Of a stretch of DNA of 64,000 nt, positions 36,254 through 50,489 are shown piece by piece. A program made the translations under genes and the position numbers. Origin of the DNA: Vicugna vicugna. Taxonomy: Eukaryota. The stretch lies in the NCBI GenBank assembly GCA_013265495.1, contig MU061579.1, positions 6,198,963-6,262,962 of the forward strand. The letters run 5' to 3'. The first letter of the stretch is position 1. Each line of letters starts with the position of its first letter. The notes under the pieces were generated by a model, which was not told the DNA's origin, did no database searches, and worked only from the letters and a program-made list of their open reading frames with translations.

Positions 36254-38324
36254 ATACGAGTTGGGACAGCCTTCCTCCTCCTAATGCCTCAAGTTAAAAA
36301 AACAAAAAAAAACAAAAAAACACCCATCCTCCACCCATTACTAGCAGAACTCTGTCTTACTCGCTAGTTGAACTAGGAAAGAAAACAACCGAAAACCTGG
36401 AGTAACTTCATTAAACCATAAGGTTATTAATTATTCAGTGCAGGCAACTTCTGGAATCACCTTTGCTTGATTTTAATATCTTATGGGAGGGAAAAGTAGC
36501 ATAGTACAATTGAACTCACTCGCAAGTCTAACCCATTTTTTTTTTAAAGCACACCACTTTAAAATCAGAAACATAATAACCTTAGAGTTTTTAGAAACCT
36601 GCGAATGTGTCGAAATAATAGGCTTAACAATCACAGGATCACAGGACTGAAAGGAACCTTAGACAAGTATGTACCAAATAGAAAGAAGTTAGGCTGCACA
36701 TGAGGAGTGAAGCTTTTCAATGTTATCAGTACAAGTCTTACAGACTCTAACAAGGAAAATTTATTGTGTTCCAGAACAGGAGCCCCCCAACTGAGTGGAT
36801 CTCCTAGGGGGAAACCCAGAAATGTGTGAGAAACTGCTTTTGCTGGTCATAATGACTGAGTGGCACCATTATAACATCCTACAGTGTCACCCAAAGTAGA
36901 AACCTCAGGTACAATTTTTATCCCTCCAAATCGCTACAACTAATCTGCTATCCTCATAGGACACCTGGCACTATAGGTGACTAAAAGAAGTGTCCTCGAC
37001 TTCACGTTACTAATGTGGAGAAATAGCTCATCTCTTAAAAACTCGGAGAGCTCCATATAAATGACATGCCAAACTAGTTAGTTTAGGCTGCAGGTCTTAG
37101 AGAATTCCACCTTTGCTTCAGTACAGAACAGTCACGAGAAATCGGTATCACTGTATTTGCATATCAAACAAACTTGCTGTTAAACACCAAGATATTAACT
37201 CCACACATTCATGAAGACAAACAGTTTCACTTTGCACCCCACAACCATGCAGAAGAGGAAGTGGTTTTGAGAAAACATGCTTGTTGTCACAATAGCCCAT
37301 CCCATAGGGTAGAGCAGACTACCGAAGGTCAGAGGTCAAGAACCCTACTGCCCCAGAACGGGGTGATCAATTGGTAATTTAGCACCTCTCTCCTCTACCA
37401 TCAGTCACCTACCTTAGCTTGTGGCAACACTCCCCCCATCAAACCCCACACAGGAAGCCCAGTTCCCTCAACCTGGCCATCTCCCAGAGCCACGGTCACC
37501 CACAGGCTCTGCCCTCCTCTCCCCCACGCCCTCCACCTTGGCCACTCTCTCTCCCACCCATCAAAACACATCCGTCCTTTCTCATGCACCCTCAGACTTA
37601 TATTGCTAATAGTAATAGCCTATATTTGCAAAGTGTTCAGAAACCATCTGTGTAGGATCTCATTTAATCCTCACAGCTGTCTTGGGAGGGAAGCAAGCCC
37701 CATGCCCAAAGTCACACAGCAGATAAACAGTGGATAAATTCCATAATTCTAAGAGTAGGACTCCGCAGTTGGTGCTGTTAACTGTGACGCCTCCTACTAG
37801 CTACCCAACTGCTTTAACAGTAGAAGGACATCAAGGGTCTCACACTCTCCCTCTCATTTGACTGCCGAGCTGGGCACAAGCACTTCGAGTCACTAGGGAA
37901 ATGCTGCTTAAGTATCCTGTGCCTTGCCAACTAGAGTCTACAAACCTTTTCAGTCTGTGAGTCTATGTGTCCACGCATGTGGGTAAATTCGGAAGCCTAC
38001 AGTCATTTACATTTATTTGCTTGAGATTTAAGAGCCAATGATAAATTAAAGGAGAACATTAGTGAAATTCCTGTATAAAGAATGGTAATACAGAATTTAG
38101 TTTCTTAAAACAACTGATATACTACAACAGTATGAAACCAGAGTCATATACGATGAAAGTATTTATTGCCCACCAGAGCAGTCAACGGTGATGGTTTAAA
38201 GCAAACAAACAAACAAAAACACAGCTTGATTAGAATAGACGATATTGATGTATTGCTTCAAAAGGTACTTGATCATGGTCTTAAAGGTTTAAGTTTAAAT
38301 GTGACACAAAAGGAAACAGAGTAA

Positions 38325-38755
38325 CAGCAACCCAAATGTTCACTGATGAATGAAGGGATTAAAAAAGGTAATATATTCACAAAACTGACTACCATGCAGC
38401 CTTCAAAAGGAAGGACTTACTGTAATATGCTGCAACAGGGATGAACCTTGAGGACATTATGCTAAATGAAATGAGCCACTCACAAAAGAGCAAATACTGT
38501 CTGACTCTGCTTACATGAGCTATCTAAAGTCATCAAATTCACAGAAATAGAACATAGGATGATGGTTGTGAGGGGCAGGGGACAGGGAATAGAGGGACAG
38601 GGGACAGTTATTTAACCGGTATAGAATTTCAGTTCTGCAAGACGAAAAAGTTCTGGAGATCTGTTTCACAACAATGTAAATACACTCAACACCACCGAAC
38701 TGTACACTTAAAAATAGTAAAGGCAGCAAGTTTATGCTATGTGCATTTTTCCTGC
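38325..38755 (+). mobile_element. L1MB-type 3' UTR fragment
   Basis: gatgaaccttgaggacattatgctaaatgaaatgagcc...gaaaaagttctggagatctg...gaactgtacacttaaaaatag. Confidence 0.88.
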
Positions 38756-38934
38756 ACTAAGGAGGAGACAGGATAGACTAGAAGATTTGGGCTGGCTTTT
38801 AGGCTTTTATTAGAACTGAATTCCGTAATATACCTGAACTTTTTCTCTCCTTGAGGGGCCAATTCTAGTCCTACAGATGTCTACCACCACATCCCTGAGT
38901 CTTCCCCTCTTCCACACCTCATTACTTCCTACCC

Positions 38935-39685
38935 AGGCAGCAGTACACAAAGCACAGTGCTCTAGAGCCAGGCTGCCTGAATTCCAACCCATCCTTTCCC
39001 ACCTGTTCACTGTGTACCTGACGTTAACTTCCCTGAAGCTCAGTTTCCAACCCTGTAAAATGAGGATAACATATCTGATAAGATTTCTGTTCGAATTAAA
39101 CAAGTAAAATATATAAGGTATTTAGAATGCCTACCTCACAGGACTGTTTGGAGGATGAAATGAATAAATATGCATGTACCCGACATGAACTGAAGTGTAA
39201 AAAAACACTTGCTGATTATTAATTCGTCTGTTGCATACAATGTTGTACTTGGTCCCATTCATACTGTATTACTGCACTTGGTGTGACTGGCATTCTCCTG
39301 ACTGCCTAATAAAATTACATTCCTTTAAACAGGCGATGTAAATTATTCTTCTCATAAACCTACAAAGCAAACGCAGCAGTAAACATAGTTTTAGCAGCTT
39401 AGTAAAATGTAGATGTGGTTAGAGTAGCAAGAATGATTTTTTACCTGAAGACTTTAGACCTGGGACACAGCACAGTGAGTACCAGTCATCCCAGCTCTGC
39501 TGCGTTGTACCTGCATAAACCTGGGAGAGTTCTTTCATTTTTCTGAGCTGCACCACTGCCATCCGTAAGCAGTGATGGCAAGAATGCCTACCTCACAGGA
39601 CTGTTTAGAAGAAGAAATGAGTAAATATGCATAAAGATCTTAGTTCTTGGCAAGCAATAAGCATTTAATTAATGTCTGCTGGATG
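38935..39685 (+). mobile_element. Two MIR SINEs (about 38935-39220 and 39465-39685)
   Basis: MIR cores ttaacttccctgaagctcagtttcc...tgtaaaatgaggataac and cccagctctgc...tttctgagctg...cctacctcacaggactgtt. Confidence 0.75.
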
Positions 39686-42681
39686 AAGAATAACGGAAGT
39701 TTGAGCTGAAAATAGACAGGCTCTGGGCAAAAGCATTCCACCCCTCGGATCAAGGAGAGAAGATCATTCTAAGTTATGTTTTGATTATTTTACTTGCTGT
39801 GCAATCTGAAAAACACAATTCTTTCAAAATCTAGAACTTGCTATCCATCTCCAGGTCCAGTGAAGGCCAGTAGTGATCATTCCTTTACTATTATGAGAAG
39901 TTATTACTAGTGTTACAGCTGGGTTAGGTGTCTTGGATGGCACCCCAACAGTTATGTGGCTTGAAAATCACCTTAGCTTCCGTTAGTCTTTTCTCTTTCA
40001 AACTGTCCATCCAGATTTTAAGTTAACTGGCTTATGTTTGGGACTCATTTTCAGTTCTAATTCAGAGACCTTTCAAGTGGAGCCATAATTCTTGGGCAAC
40101 CAGAGAAAGATTTCATCTTCCCGGATTCCTACAAGAGCAGGAGTGGGGATAATGAAATGGCATCATAAGCCACAGCCTGCATCACCTGGGGAACTCCTGC
40201 TGGGGAGCCCCTAAAACCTGGGCGGCTGCTTCTGCTCCCTCCCTCTGGGCCAGCCCCCTCCTAGTCCTCCCCACCATTTAGCCACATCTGTATTCTGACA
40301 GCTGAAAAGAAAACCAGGCCCTTTAGAATTCTTGATACAATAGAATTCTGTTCCATTTCATGCTACACTGAACAGTTTTAATGTTTAATTGACTGAGGTC
40401 AAAATTAGCACGATACTACACTTCAACAATAAGATTTTAAAATGTACACTTATGATATGTGCATTTATATATATCTATCAATTTTAAATTTTTAATACAA
40501 ATGTATACTCCACTATTTCTTTGACTTTGAGTCACATTTTTAGACTGACAACCAGATATTTCAAAATAGCCCACTGTGAATGGTTTCCTCTCTCTGCATT
40601 TATAAATAGCACCCTGACCTCTTTTCCAACTGAATTTGAGGGCTTATTCCTATTGGTTCTGTAATCATTAAAGTCTCCTTTCCTTAGATGGAGGGTATCT
40701 CAGCAAATGTCTCCCAACTTATTGACTCATTTATTTACATTTATTCATTTAATAAATATTTAAGGACCACTAACTACTCTCCCCACGATAACACTGAGAA
40801 ATATTTGCAAGTCAAGATAACACCTATTATCTTATTTGAGAACAGTGCTAACTGCTATAAAGAAAGTGAACATGCAATGTCCTCTCTCTGAGTTTAAAAT
40901 CTAAAGGGGCAGGTTAGACATGACTTTAAGCAAGGGACAATGACATGCATATGGTCAGTTCTTCACTAGTCAGTAAGTGCCAGTAAAGAGGAATACCAAA
41001 GCTGGAAGACTCAAATGTACCCAATAAAAGCACTTAAAGAGTAATGATGAGACAAACCAAGTTTTGTGACCTTGACTTTCACATAATTCACACTTGAAGT
41101 ACTGTTTTACACTTACTCACATAGAGAAGTAGCACCATCATCTTTCATGAGTGCCAAGGAACTCTTAAGTATCTCAAATCAACTCCATGAATATAAGTGA
41201 AACATGCAGAAATTGAGACCTCTGAGGATGGAGAGAGCGGTGAAGGAGTGTGGAGGGGAGTTTCACGATGTATAGGAAGGAATGCAGCAAGCACTGACAG
41301 CTGCACCTAAAGTCGAAGGAATGCCACTCAGGGGGCAATGAGGAAGAAGACGTCTCCAGGCAATCAAGGAGATGAGAAGAGCTGGGATGGACCTAGGGCT
41401 CAATGGGTAACGAAAGGTGATGACAGAAAAGGAAGCTGGAATTGGCTATGGAGGGGCCAGGCTAAGGATTCTGAACTTAAGATACTCTCATCAGATGCTA
41501 TGCAAGTGTCTTAGCAACTACTCACACCATGACCACCCCCAGGAGCCCATCACCCGATAAACAGCATGGAGACAGGGAGATCACATTTCTCTTGTACTTT
41601 CCCCTGATCACCTCTCCAACTCCAAACTGATTGAACCATTCTCTCCTCTTCCTAAAGCTACGTGATGGAACCAGAAGTCTTTTTTTGTTTTTGCATTCTA
41701 CTTTGTGAGAACCATGTGGGAAGATACACAGTCTTCTGAGTCCTTCCCTGAGCTGCCCAGCCCCCTTGTGCACAAATGATATAAGGCAGAAAAATAATTC
41801 TCCCCACTCTTCACTAGTAGTTGTTACCCTGAAGTTGCTCAAAATGACTACTCCACCCCAGTCAGGGCTCCTCTGTTCCCTCCATAGGCTGGGTAAGGAA
41901 GTAAATTATGCTGAATCAAAACTTCAACAAAATTTCACAGGTCAAATTTCTAACTAGCAAGGATCATATAAAGAAAGTACCATCAACTATTATCTCAATT
42001 AAGGAAATAAGTAGGCAAAATGGTGCCACTACAATATGAATTTAGTCTGACTTATAATACTTAAACTTAAAATGATAAACTACAGTGGTCCAGGCCTTCA
42101 CAGAAAAGATTAAGAAGACATCTTATAGCCTCTAATCTCTCATCAGTCACATTTGGTCTAAGCTAAGAATTATTTCCAACATTAAGAAGAAATTCTTAAT
42201 TTTACAGAAAACTCCAGAAATCCCTCATTTTAGAAAGTACAAAGATTGGACTCAATGAGTCAACAAGTGAAGGTGGGAAAAAACTTGTTAAAAGAAAACT
42301 TGTTAAAAGAACCACTTGTTAAAAGCAATGGCTGTCATTTAGAGGTAGCATTTTTATATTATCTTTCACCAGCCTTTCCCAAAGTTGCAAGGAGGTGGGG
42401 TAGAAAGTAACAAAACAAAAATAAATAATTTCTTGAATACCATGAAGTTTATAACCCAGAGTCCTAAGAGAATTTTAAAATTTTTACAGTCTTATGGCAC
42501 TAATGTTAAGAGTTTCCAAAAATATTGTAATTCTTTATAATCTGAGCCCTATACTTAACCACAGTAACTAAGTAGTTGAATTGTAAAGTACTCATTGAGT
42601 ATCTATGAGCCTCACACTGCTAGAAACTTGTAGTGAAATTAGATGATTAAGAATTTGTATAAAAAAAAAGAATTTGTTTTT

Positions 42682-42856
42682 AGAAGCAGACTCACAGATA
42701 CAGAGAACTAGTGGTTACGAGTGGGATGGGGGAAGGGGCAATATATCGGTAAGGGGTGTGAAAAGACTCGTGGGATTATATGAAATCATATGTGTGAAAA
42801 TTTGAAAATTGTAAACCACTAGAATTTAATAAATCTTTCATTCAATCAATTTTTTT
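42682..42856 (+). mobile_element. L1 3' end fragment
   Basis: agcagactcacagatacagagaactagtggttac...tatgaaatcatatgtgtgaaaatttgaaaattgtaaa...tctttcattcaat. Confidence 0.7.
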
Positions 42857-44134
42857 CATATTCAAAAGACACAGGAAAAATGAAAAAATATATATATGCT
42901 TGTTTTTAAATGTACCCTCACCTTCTCCTTCCATGGACAATCCATATAAAATCTGACAGGCTTCCAGAGGAAGGAAAAACTACAAACACATGCACGCCCA
43001 CATAAATAAGTTTTAACGAGTCATTTGACTTTCCCTCTAGGTACATTTCCATTTAAATAAATCTGACGGTACTGACAAGTCAAGTCTATATAAAACACCC
43101 TTGGGTTAAGACCCACCTTAAGTGTTTATGTATTAAATATATGTTTGAAAAGGAGCCAGGGAGATATTTCCACTTGAGGCTCTAGCCTAGTTCCATGACC
43201 CATTTTACTTTTTCCTTTTTTTTAAACATTGCTAAATAGTGGAATGTCATGAGAATTTCCCCCTCAGTATTTCTCTATAAGTGCATTAAAGTTACAACTA
43301 AGAGTTTAAAAGTATTTGTCTTTTTTTCCCCCTTAAAAAGTTAGCTTCCTTTTTAAAACAGCCATAATTTCATCTTCCAATTACTTTCGGGCAATGTTCC
43401 ATAAACTAGCGCTTAAGTGCGGGAGAAATCAATACTGAGCTTGTAAGTACAACACTATTATTGGTAATCACAATGACATCCGATTAAATGTACTCTTAAA
43501 AATAGCTTATTTTTCAATACATTTTTCTTAACTAAAAGGATATAAGCCTACTTCAAGGACAACCTTGCACAAAGAAAAATATGTTATTATCACCATACAA
43601 ACGTTCAAAAGTCGAAAATGTCATTATTCCACACAAACTAGTTTCTAATTTCCCTCTAATTATCAAAGGTTATATAGTTCACAATATAATTTCACGATGC
43701 CTTCCCCCAAATCAAAATTACCCCAGATCGCCGCAAGGAGGTGAGGGAAACGTTTAAGAAAACAAGCCAGGATGAACTTACTTTACTTAATGAGATGGGT
43801 ATCCTTTCTCCCTGGAGACCTGTCTCCAAAAGATCAATCTGGTAAACTCACTGTCGACAGGTCCAGGAGTATGAAGTTGGGTTCCAGCAGGCGGAGGCCA
43901 AATGATTGTAATTAAAGTTAATTAACAGGCCTGCCGTCTCAAAGTGCATAACGAGCAGGGTGCGGGGGAGAACAGAAACCCCAGCAAACTCATTATCACT
44001 ACAGAATAAATAACTTGGTGTCTGAAACTCCCCAAAGGGCAGCTCCTTTTCCAGGAGGAGAGTCTAGTTGTCTACCCGGATTGTCACCCGCTGAGCCAAA
44101 TCCCATTAGTAATTGGAGTTTTTGTATTACTTAC

Positions 44135-44520
44135 CCGCTTCTGGTTTCCTTTTAGACGCCCACACGCGAGAGCGAAATCCAAGGGGCAGAAACCGGAGCC
44201 GAACACTTTGCGCGCTGGAACCGTACCCGGAAAGGTGCCGGAAAGCCCCGGCCCGGCCTCAGACGGTCCTCCCGCCCGGCCCCGCCGCCCAGCCCACCGC
44301 GGCCTCCGGGACTCGCCCCACGCGCGGGCAGCGGAGCTGGAGAGGCGCGGCAAGGCGTGCAGGGGATCCCGGGCGCCGGCGTCTCCCCCGGCCCGGCTCG
44401 CTCGGTCCTCACGCGTGCGTTCCAGGCGCGGGGCCTCTGCCGCCCGGTCCCCGCCGGCTGCCCGCCCCGCCTCTGCTGCCAGGCGCCGGCCGCGCGGGCG
44501 GCGCTGTCACTCGGGCGGCG
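44135..44520 (-). other. ARAP2: ARAP2 non-coding exon 1 (5' end uncertain)
   Basis: Consensus donor AAGCGG|GTAAGT at the gene-side edge of the CpG island. The TSS cannot be determined and may fall in the N gap. Confidence 0.75.
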
Positions 44521-45030
44521 CGNNNNNNNNNNNNNNNNNNNNNNNNNNNNNNNNNNNNNNNNNNNNNNNNNNNNNNNNNNNCGCACCTGGAGGCGGGGAG
44601 CGCGGGCCGGCGCGCAGCTCCGGACGCGCCGCGCCCGCGGCCCGCGCCCACCCCAGGTGCTCCCGCGCGGCGCCTCGGCCGCTTCCTCCCGGCGTGCGGG
44701 GGCGGGGAGAGGCGCCCGGCTCGGGGGCAGCGCCGCTCAGCTGCGGGGGCAGCCGGGCCGGCCGCCCTGGTTCCGCAGCATAGTTGGGCGTCTGACTCAG
44801 TCTGCCGCGACTCGGCCGCGCCTGGCACCCTCGGCACCTGGCGCACCTCGGCCCCGGGGCTCCCTGGCCGGCGGGGTTGGAGGAGCTGCGAGGGCGCGTC
44901 CCGAAGGCCTGAGCGGCGAGGGCATGGCCCTCCCGGGACCGAGATGCCCGTGACCCTTCCCCGACTCCCGCTGGCCAGTTGGTTGGTCGGTGCGCTCCGA
45001 TGGGGGGGTGTCAAATGGGCGGAACCTCGC
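44140..45030. promoter_or_regulatory. CpG island / ARAP2 promoter
   Basis: Very GC- and CpG-rich block in an otherwise AT-rich, CpG-poor window. Multiple GC boxes (GGGCGG/CCGCCC), with two more at about 45407-45429. No obvious TATA box. Confidence 0.93.
44523..44581. other. Assembly gap (59 N)
   Basis: Run of N in the GC-richest part of the island. Confidence 1.
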
Positions 45031-48000
45031 CACCACTGATGATTAGTATTACTTTACTAAGTACTTTCCCTGTTACCTCAGCGGTTCCCAAACTTAAGAC
45101 TCATCTAGGACGCTGGTTTTCCCAGGCTGCTTCTGCGTAAAGTTGCATTCAATGAACTCGGGAATCTATTTATCAAGCCCCGTGCTGATTAGGCTGAACC
45201 CATTATATCGAATGCTCCTTTACGTAGTCTCTTTGAAGAAGGGATTAATATTCGCACTTTCCAGTTGAGGAGTCCGCGGGGTACAGAAACTTGCCCAAGG
45301 GGACACAGCTTTAAGGGATGGAGGTGGTTTTCAATTTAGATCTTAACTCTCTCCCCTGAGGAATACAACCGCCTCACAGATTTTTTTAAATTCCCTTTTC
45401 TTGTCTCCGCCCCCACTCCGCCCCCACCCCTCGGAGGGGAGGGCTAACCCTGCTCTAGTCTTCTGGGCACCGGAGATCGTTAGATCTGGGGAAGACATCT
45501 CCTCTTGGACTTGCACCTTGACAGGTAACAGTAAGGCAGCAAGAAAATACGGGGATCCAAAAAGAAAAGCGCTAGTGCGCCCCCATATACCTAAGTGTCC
45601 AGAAAACCGACTTGTTTGCAAGAGAATTCAAGGGCAAACTCCTTATTTTTATTTTTTTAATTAACATCTTTTTACCGACTGTACTTGAAATTCTCTTCCT
45701 TGAAAGATGAAATGTCCTTATCTTTCCCCAGTACCTGTTGATAGAAGTAAAGCAATTAGGGAAACTGCTGAGCTTATTATGAAAATGAGATAATTGGTGA
45801 AGTCCAGAGTGTGGGAGGCTTCCCAGGATCCCAGGCCCTTGGGAGGTGTCATCTTCACCAAAAAACCTGCCCGTCAAAAAGCATCCTCCAGCCCCGGGCA
45901 GACTCTGTGACAGCTGTGGCTGGCACTCTCCAGAGACACCAAATTTCCAGTTTCTTTTGAGCTAAATACTTTATAGCAAGCCCTGTTTCCACCAGGAAAG
46001 TTTTCTTGACACTTCCCGAACCTCAAGAATGATCTTATCTTTGGATTCCTGTAGAATTGTATTTATGTGGCTCTTTCTTGGTTTCATATTAAGCCCATAC
46101 TCTTTGTGGGTTTTTTTTTCCCCTCTCCCTCAGAGTTCTCACATACTTGTCATTTATTTTTATCTTTGTAAGCCATCTTAAATCCTTTTCTGAACAAGGT
46201 GGGTTATAAATAAACAAAAAATTCTTACATCAGTTATGGTCTGTCTCAGAACGCCAAGCATTGTTACTTGAACACTAAGTCCTCAAGTTACTTCTCTTGG
46301 TAGATGTTATAAAATAATTGGGCTTTGTGCCTCTTTGCAACAATATCTTAGTTCATTGATTATTATTCATTTATTGTTTAAAAGTGTATTGAAAATTTAT
46401 TTTTTGATAGTTTGAAAATACAGTGGTTAACAAATTACAATACAACCCCAGAATTTTCAGTCTTCTCTGAGGGGAAATAATGTTAAGAGCTGTAAGACAT
46501 ACCGATGATTTAATAAAATAGCTCTGAGAAACAAAAGAAAAACAATGCTCCCTCATTGAAACTATACATTGGTTATAAAATGTATTCCGGTTTTAAGTAC
46601 CTTAACATATGAAGGAAAATAAAAGATTCTGAGGAAATATGGCAAAGACTACCTTTTATTAATTGTTCATTAATCATACCAAGTTCTAGCCAAACACCTA
46701 ACATGTATTATATGTTGTATATATACAACAACTCTGAGTTGGAATTTTTTTCCCCAATTTTATAAACATAGGCTTAACTGAGACTAAAAGAGATTAAGTT
46801 GCAAATAGTGGATAAATTGAACACATCTTGGCTGTATTCACAGGCTACACATTATTTAGCATCACTCAGAGTGAGGCATTCAGGGAGAAAAGTAGACAGG
46901 AAAAATAGCTTTTTAAGAATTGACGTATGAAAATCTGTTTACTGCCAAGTCTATTAAAGTATGTATTCCCAGTTATTTTCCTTATATGTATTTACTCCAA
47001 ATATATATTTAGATTTATTCCAAAATGACCCACTCCCATCCCATTTCCTCCATTTTTTGTAGGAGAGCAGAGATAGCTCTGTCCCTGCCAGACTTAACGT
47101 CTGCTCCTCCCATCTCTCCTACCCAGAATGCACTCTGCTTATGGACCATGCAGTTTGAGAGTGAAAGCCATCCTTCCCTCCTCCTCCCCTCCCTCCTTTG
47201 CCTCCTTCCCCTTTCCCTTACATCATCCAGGCTAACACCCATAGAGAATTTGTGTGCCAGTTGCTATTCCCAGCACTTTACTTGCGAAAGCTCATTTAAT
47301 TATCTCAACAGCTCCTTGAACAGAAAGTGTTATCCCCACTAGAAGAAACTTAAAGAGGTTAATTAATTTATACCAGATATTCCATAAGGCAGAGAGAATT
47401 CCAACCCAGTCTTCTCCAGGACCCATCCTCTGCAGTTTGACTATTAGGGAAAGCTCACAGTGCTGGAATTGCAAAGGCCTGTGCTCAAAATGAATGATCA
47501 GTGTAAGCTGTGGCATTTTGAACAAAGTCATTAACTTATTGGAGCCTCAATTTCCCCCATCTGTAAACAGGGAGTAGTAATACCTATGAGCATTTAATGT
47601 AATTACATGTCTAAGACACTCAGAAAATAGTAGTCTCTTATTACATTTAATTCTATTCTCTTTTCTCTAATTATTGTTCAAAACTAGGTTCAAATCACAC
47701 CTCCCTCTCAAGCCTTTCCAAATCTTTCGTAACCTGGGTTATCTATACAACAGAATTTAAGGTACTCTCTCCATTTTTCTATAAAGGAAAATCCAGTATT
47801 ACCTTGACCAAACATAAAATTTTAGGGATGCAGATAAAATAGGCATATGTCTACTAATAATATTTAATTCATCATTTTAGATAAACAGATACTCAGAAAA
47901 GTAAACTCATTTATTAATATATAAATACTTCCTTTTCCACTCATATTTTAAAAATAATTTTATTCAAATTTTAACATGCAAGTTTGACATCAATGAGTTC

Positions 48001-50489
48001 ATCACTAGAGCCGCATTTTGAATCATCAATGTTTGGTTTGGTTTGGTTTTCAGAGCATATTATTTTCACTTCTGTCTAAGTTTTTGAAGGTACTTAATTT
48101 TCTGAAACCATTTATAATTCTGTCACTGGGAATTTTATTATAAATCACAAGTTCCCACTTCCTTTATATTAAGAAGTTGATTTTCCTCATTCACTTCAAA
48201 CATGTGCATTAATAGTCTCCACCAGTTTTTGGTTTTTAGAATGGTTTTTAAAAGGATGCTTGTCCTAACATGGGATACTTAAACTTGTGAGGTGACATCC
48301 CCATAAATAATTGCTTAATCTGTTTTAAATATCTTCACCTTCTTTTAAACCAATCTCATCAGATGGTCTGTGTCTGTATCCTAAGCTAAGACTGACTGGG
48401 GATGTTTTAGGCTACACCGCCACCCTGATGTCCCATCCCCGCAGCTCAGCTGGCAGCAGCTCAGATTAACGTACATACTGAAGGAAGGCAGGGGTTCTGT
48501 GATACATAGATTCTATGTACCAGGCATTGTTACACATTACAAACTCAATTCTCTCAACAGGGCTGGGGGGTAGTTACAATCGTTATCTCTTTTTTAAGCC
48601 AGTGAAGAAACAGAGACATTAAAAAAAATTATCCCATCTAAAATTCACAAGTAGTAAATAAGGAAGAAAGGATCTGAACCCAACTAATGTGGATTCAAAG
48701 CCTATGCCTAAAGCATTCTGCTGTGATACCTCCGAGAAGACTTTTAAAGTTTTGACCACAAGGAACTGTTTTTCTGATGCTTAATTTTGGGAGGAAAAGG
48801 ATACACCTTATATTCAGGCATATACAATACTCTCTCTTGGATTTTCCCATTGCCCCCCTTTTATTTTGTTTTCTCACTGCTATTGGAGTAAATCTGTCAG
48901 CAGGCTTTGAATTATGGATATTGAGAAATTTTTCTTATTTCTATTTGTATTCCTGAAGTACCCTTCCCTCTGCTGGAGTTCTCTTTAGTCAGTCTGCTTT
49001 GCATAATGGATACTTGGAATCTTCCTATTTGAATTCTCTGAACTACTTATCATAAGTCCTTAAATAAATGCTTGTTTTATTAAACTGAAATGCTTATATT
49101 CAGTAAGTTGACTCTTTTTGGTACAGTGTTGCAAGTTTTAAGAGTTGCTTTGAAAGTTTTTTAAAAAATTCTTTCTCACCCCAAGGGAGTATCTTAGTGG
49201 CTATCTATTGTAAGGTGGACAAAAGAGCTGTGTAAAATACTTACCCAATTCAGTTACTAACCAAAAGTTGATGGTATTATGGAAATATTTTAAAATGTAA
49301 GTTTTTTTCAGAAACCATTAAATAATATCAAGGAAAAAGTGAAGATAAATTCTTCTATAGAACTAATATCTCAGAAACTCATTTAGGCTCTAGGGATTAG
49401 AGTGTTTCATTGATACTGATACACATATTTTAACACTTTACTACTTCTTCAGTGGGGATTCATCCTAAAATGAACTGCTGTGGGCCAGGCAGCAGTCGTA
49501 GCATAGTTGTCATTGCCTACATGGTCATGAACTTGGTATAACTGTTCATGCTGTCATCACTTCATTGAAGTAACTTGCATTGGCAGTGCTACACATATTG
49601 ACTTTAATTGTCACTTGAAATGTCTGCAGAAAGAGTACACTAGGTTTTTTTGCAGAAGGCAAAGCGAGAGAGCCATGTGATATTAGATAAAAAATTAAAA
49701 TAGTAAATAATTCTCAAAGAGCATTTTCCTATATATACACAATAAAAATTCTAAATGAATATGTTATGTCATAGTTTAACAGTGATTTTTTTCTCATGGC
49801 ATAGAAAATATTAATGTACCCCCAAATAGATTGTGTTTTAGAGTTGTGGACATCCAGTATTTTCTACTACTGCTAACATAAAAATCCAATTTTATTTTTA
49901 TATTGAAAAAAGTTCCTTAAGAAAGAATCAATGTTAAGAGAAATCCAGTGGATTAGCAGACAAAATACATCAACTGAGTGTAAAATCATTGCTTTCACTT
50001 TGTTGCATCAATTTTTCTCTTGTATTCCTGAAATTGATTTTACTACACACATCACAAAATTCCATTTCTTTGTGCTGTAGCTTGAACATACTGTTTAGCT
50101 CCATTTTTTTCCTTTGTCCTAAAAATGCTGCCCATATAATAGATAGTTAACCTTGAAATTTCTTCTGACATCAAGAAAAAAAAAAGTGGGGAGGGATTCA
50201 GAGAAGCAAAGTGGAGAGGTAGAAATACACAAGCAATAGCTTGAAGTAGATCCATTATAAAACAATGAAATTAAACTTTACAGAACCAATTTAAAAAGCA
50301 CAGACTAATATCCATGTAAAAAGGTAAAGGGAAAACAACAACAACAAAAGGATTAATAAAATCTCATAACTGCCACGAAAGCAGAGGCCACAAACTAGGT
50401 GTCTATGGGCAGCATGAAGTCCGAGAATCTTTCAGACCACAATGAGTTTAGCAATTTTTAAGTAGTTTCTCAAATTGAGAAGATTTTAC

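Larger units (their letters stand above)
1..44520 (-). other. ARAP2: ARAP2 gene, 5' portion (exons 1-7; continues past the left edge of the window)
   Basis: Six coding exons join in frame (896+59+77+92+354+70 = 1548 nt, 516 codons). The product begins MSSVSEVNVDIKDFLMSINLEQYLLHF and ends ...KSGWLDKLCPQGKRMFQKRWVKFDGLSISYYNNDK, matching ARAP2 as recalled. TSS position is approximate. Confidence 0.97.

Noticed and set aside
44084..45039. Several long overlapping ORFs (up to 308 aa) on both strands
   Set aside because: Stop-codon depletion in a GC-rich CpG island; Arg/Pro/Gly/Ala-rich, span an N gap, no recognisable domain.
46713..46730. Perfect 18-bp palindrome tgttgtatatatacaaca
   Set aside because: Built around a TA run in AT-rich sequence; plausible by chance or slippage.
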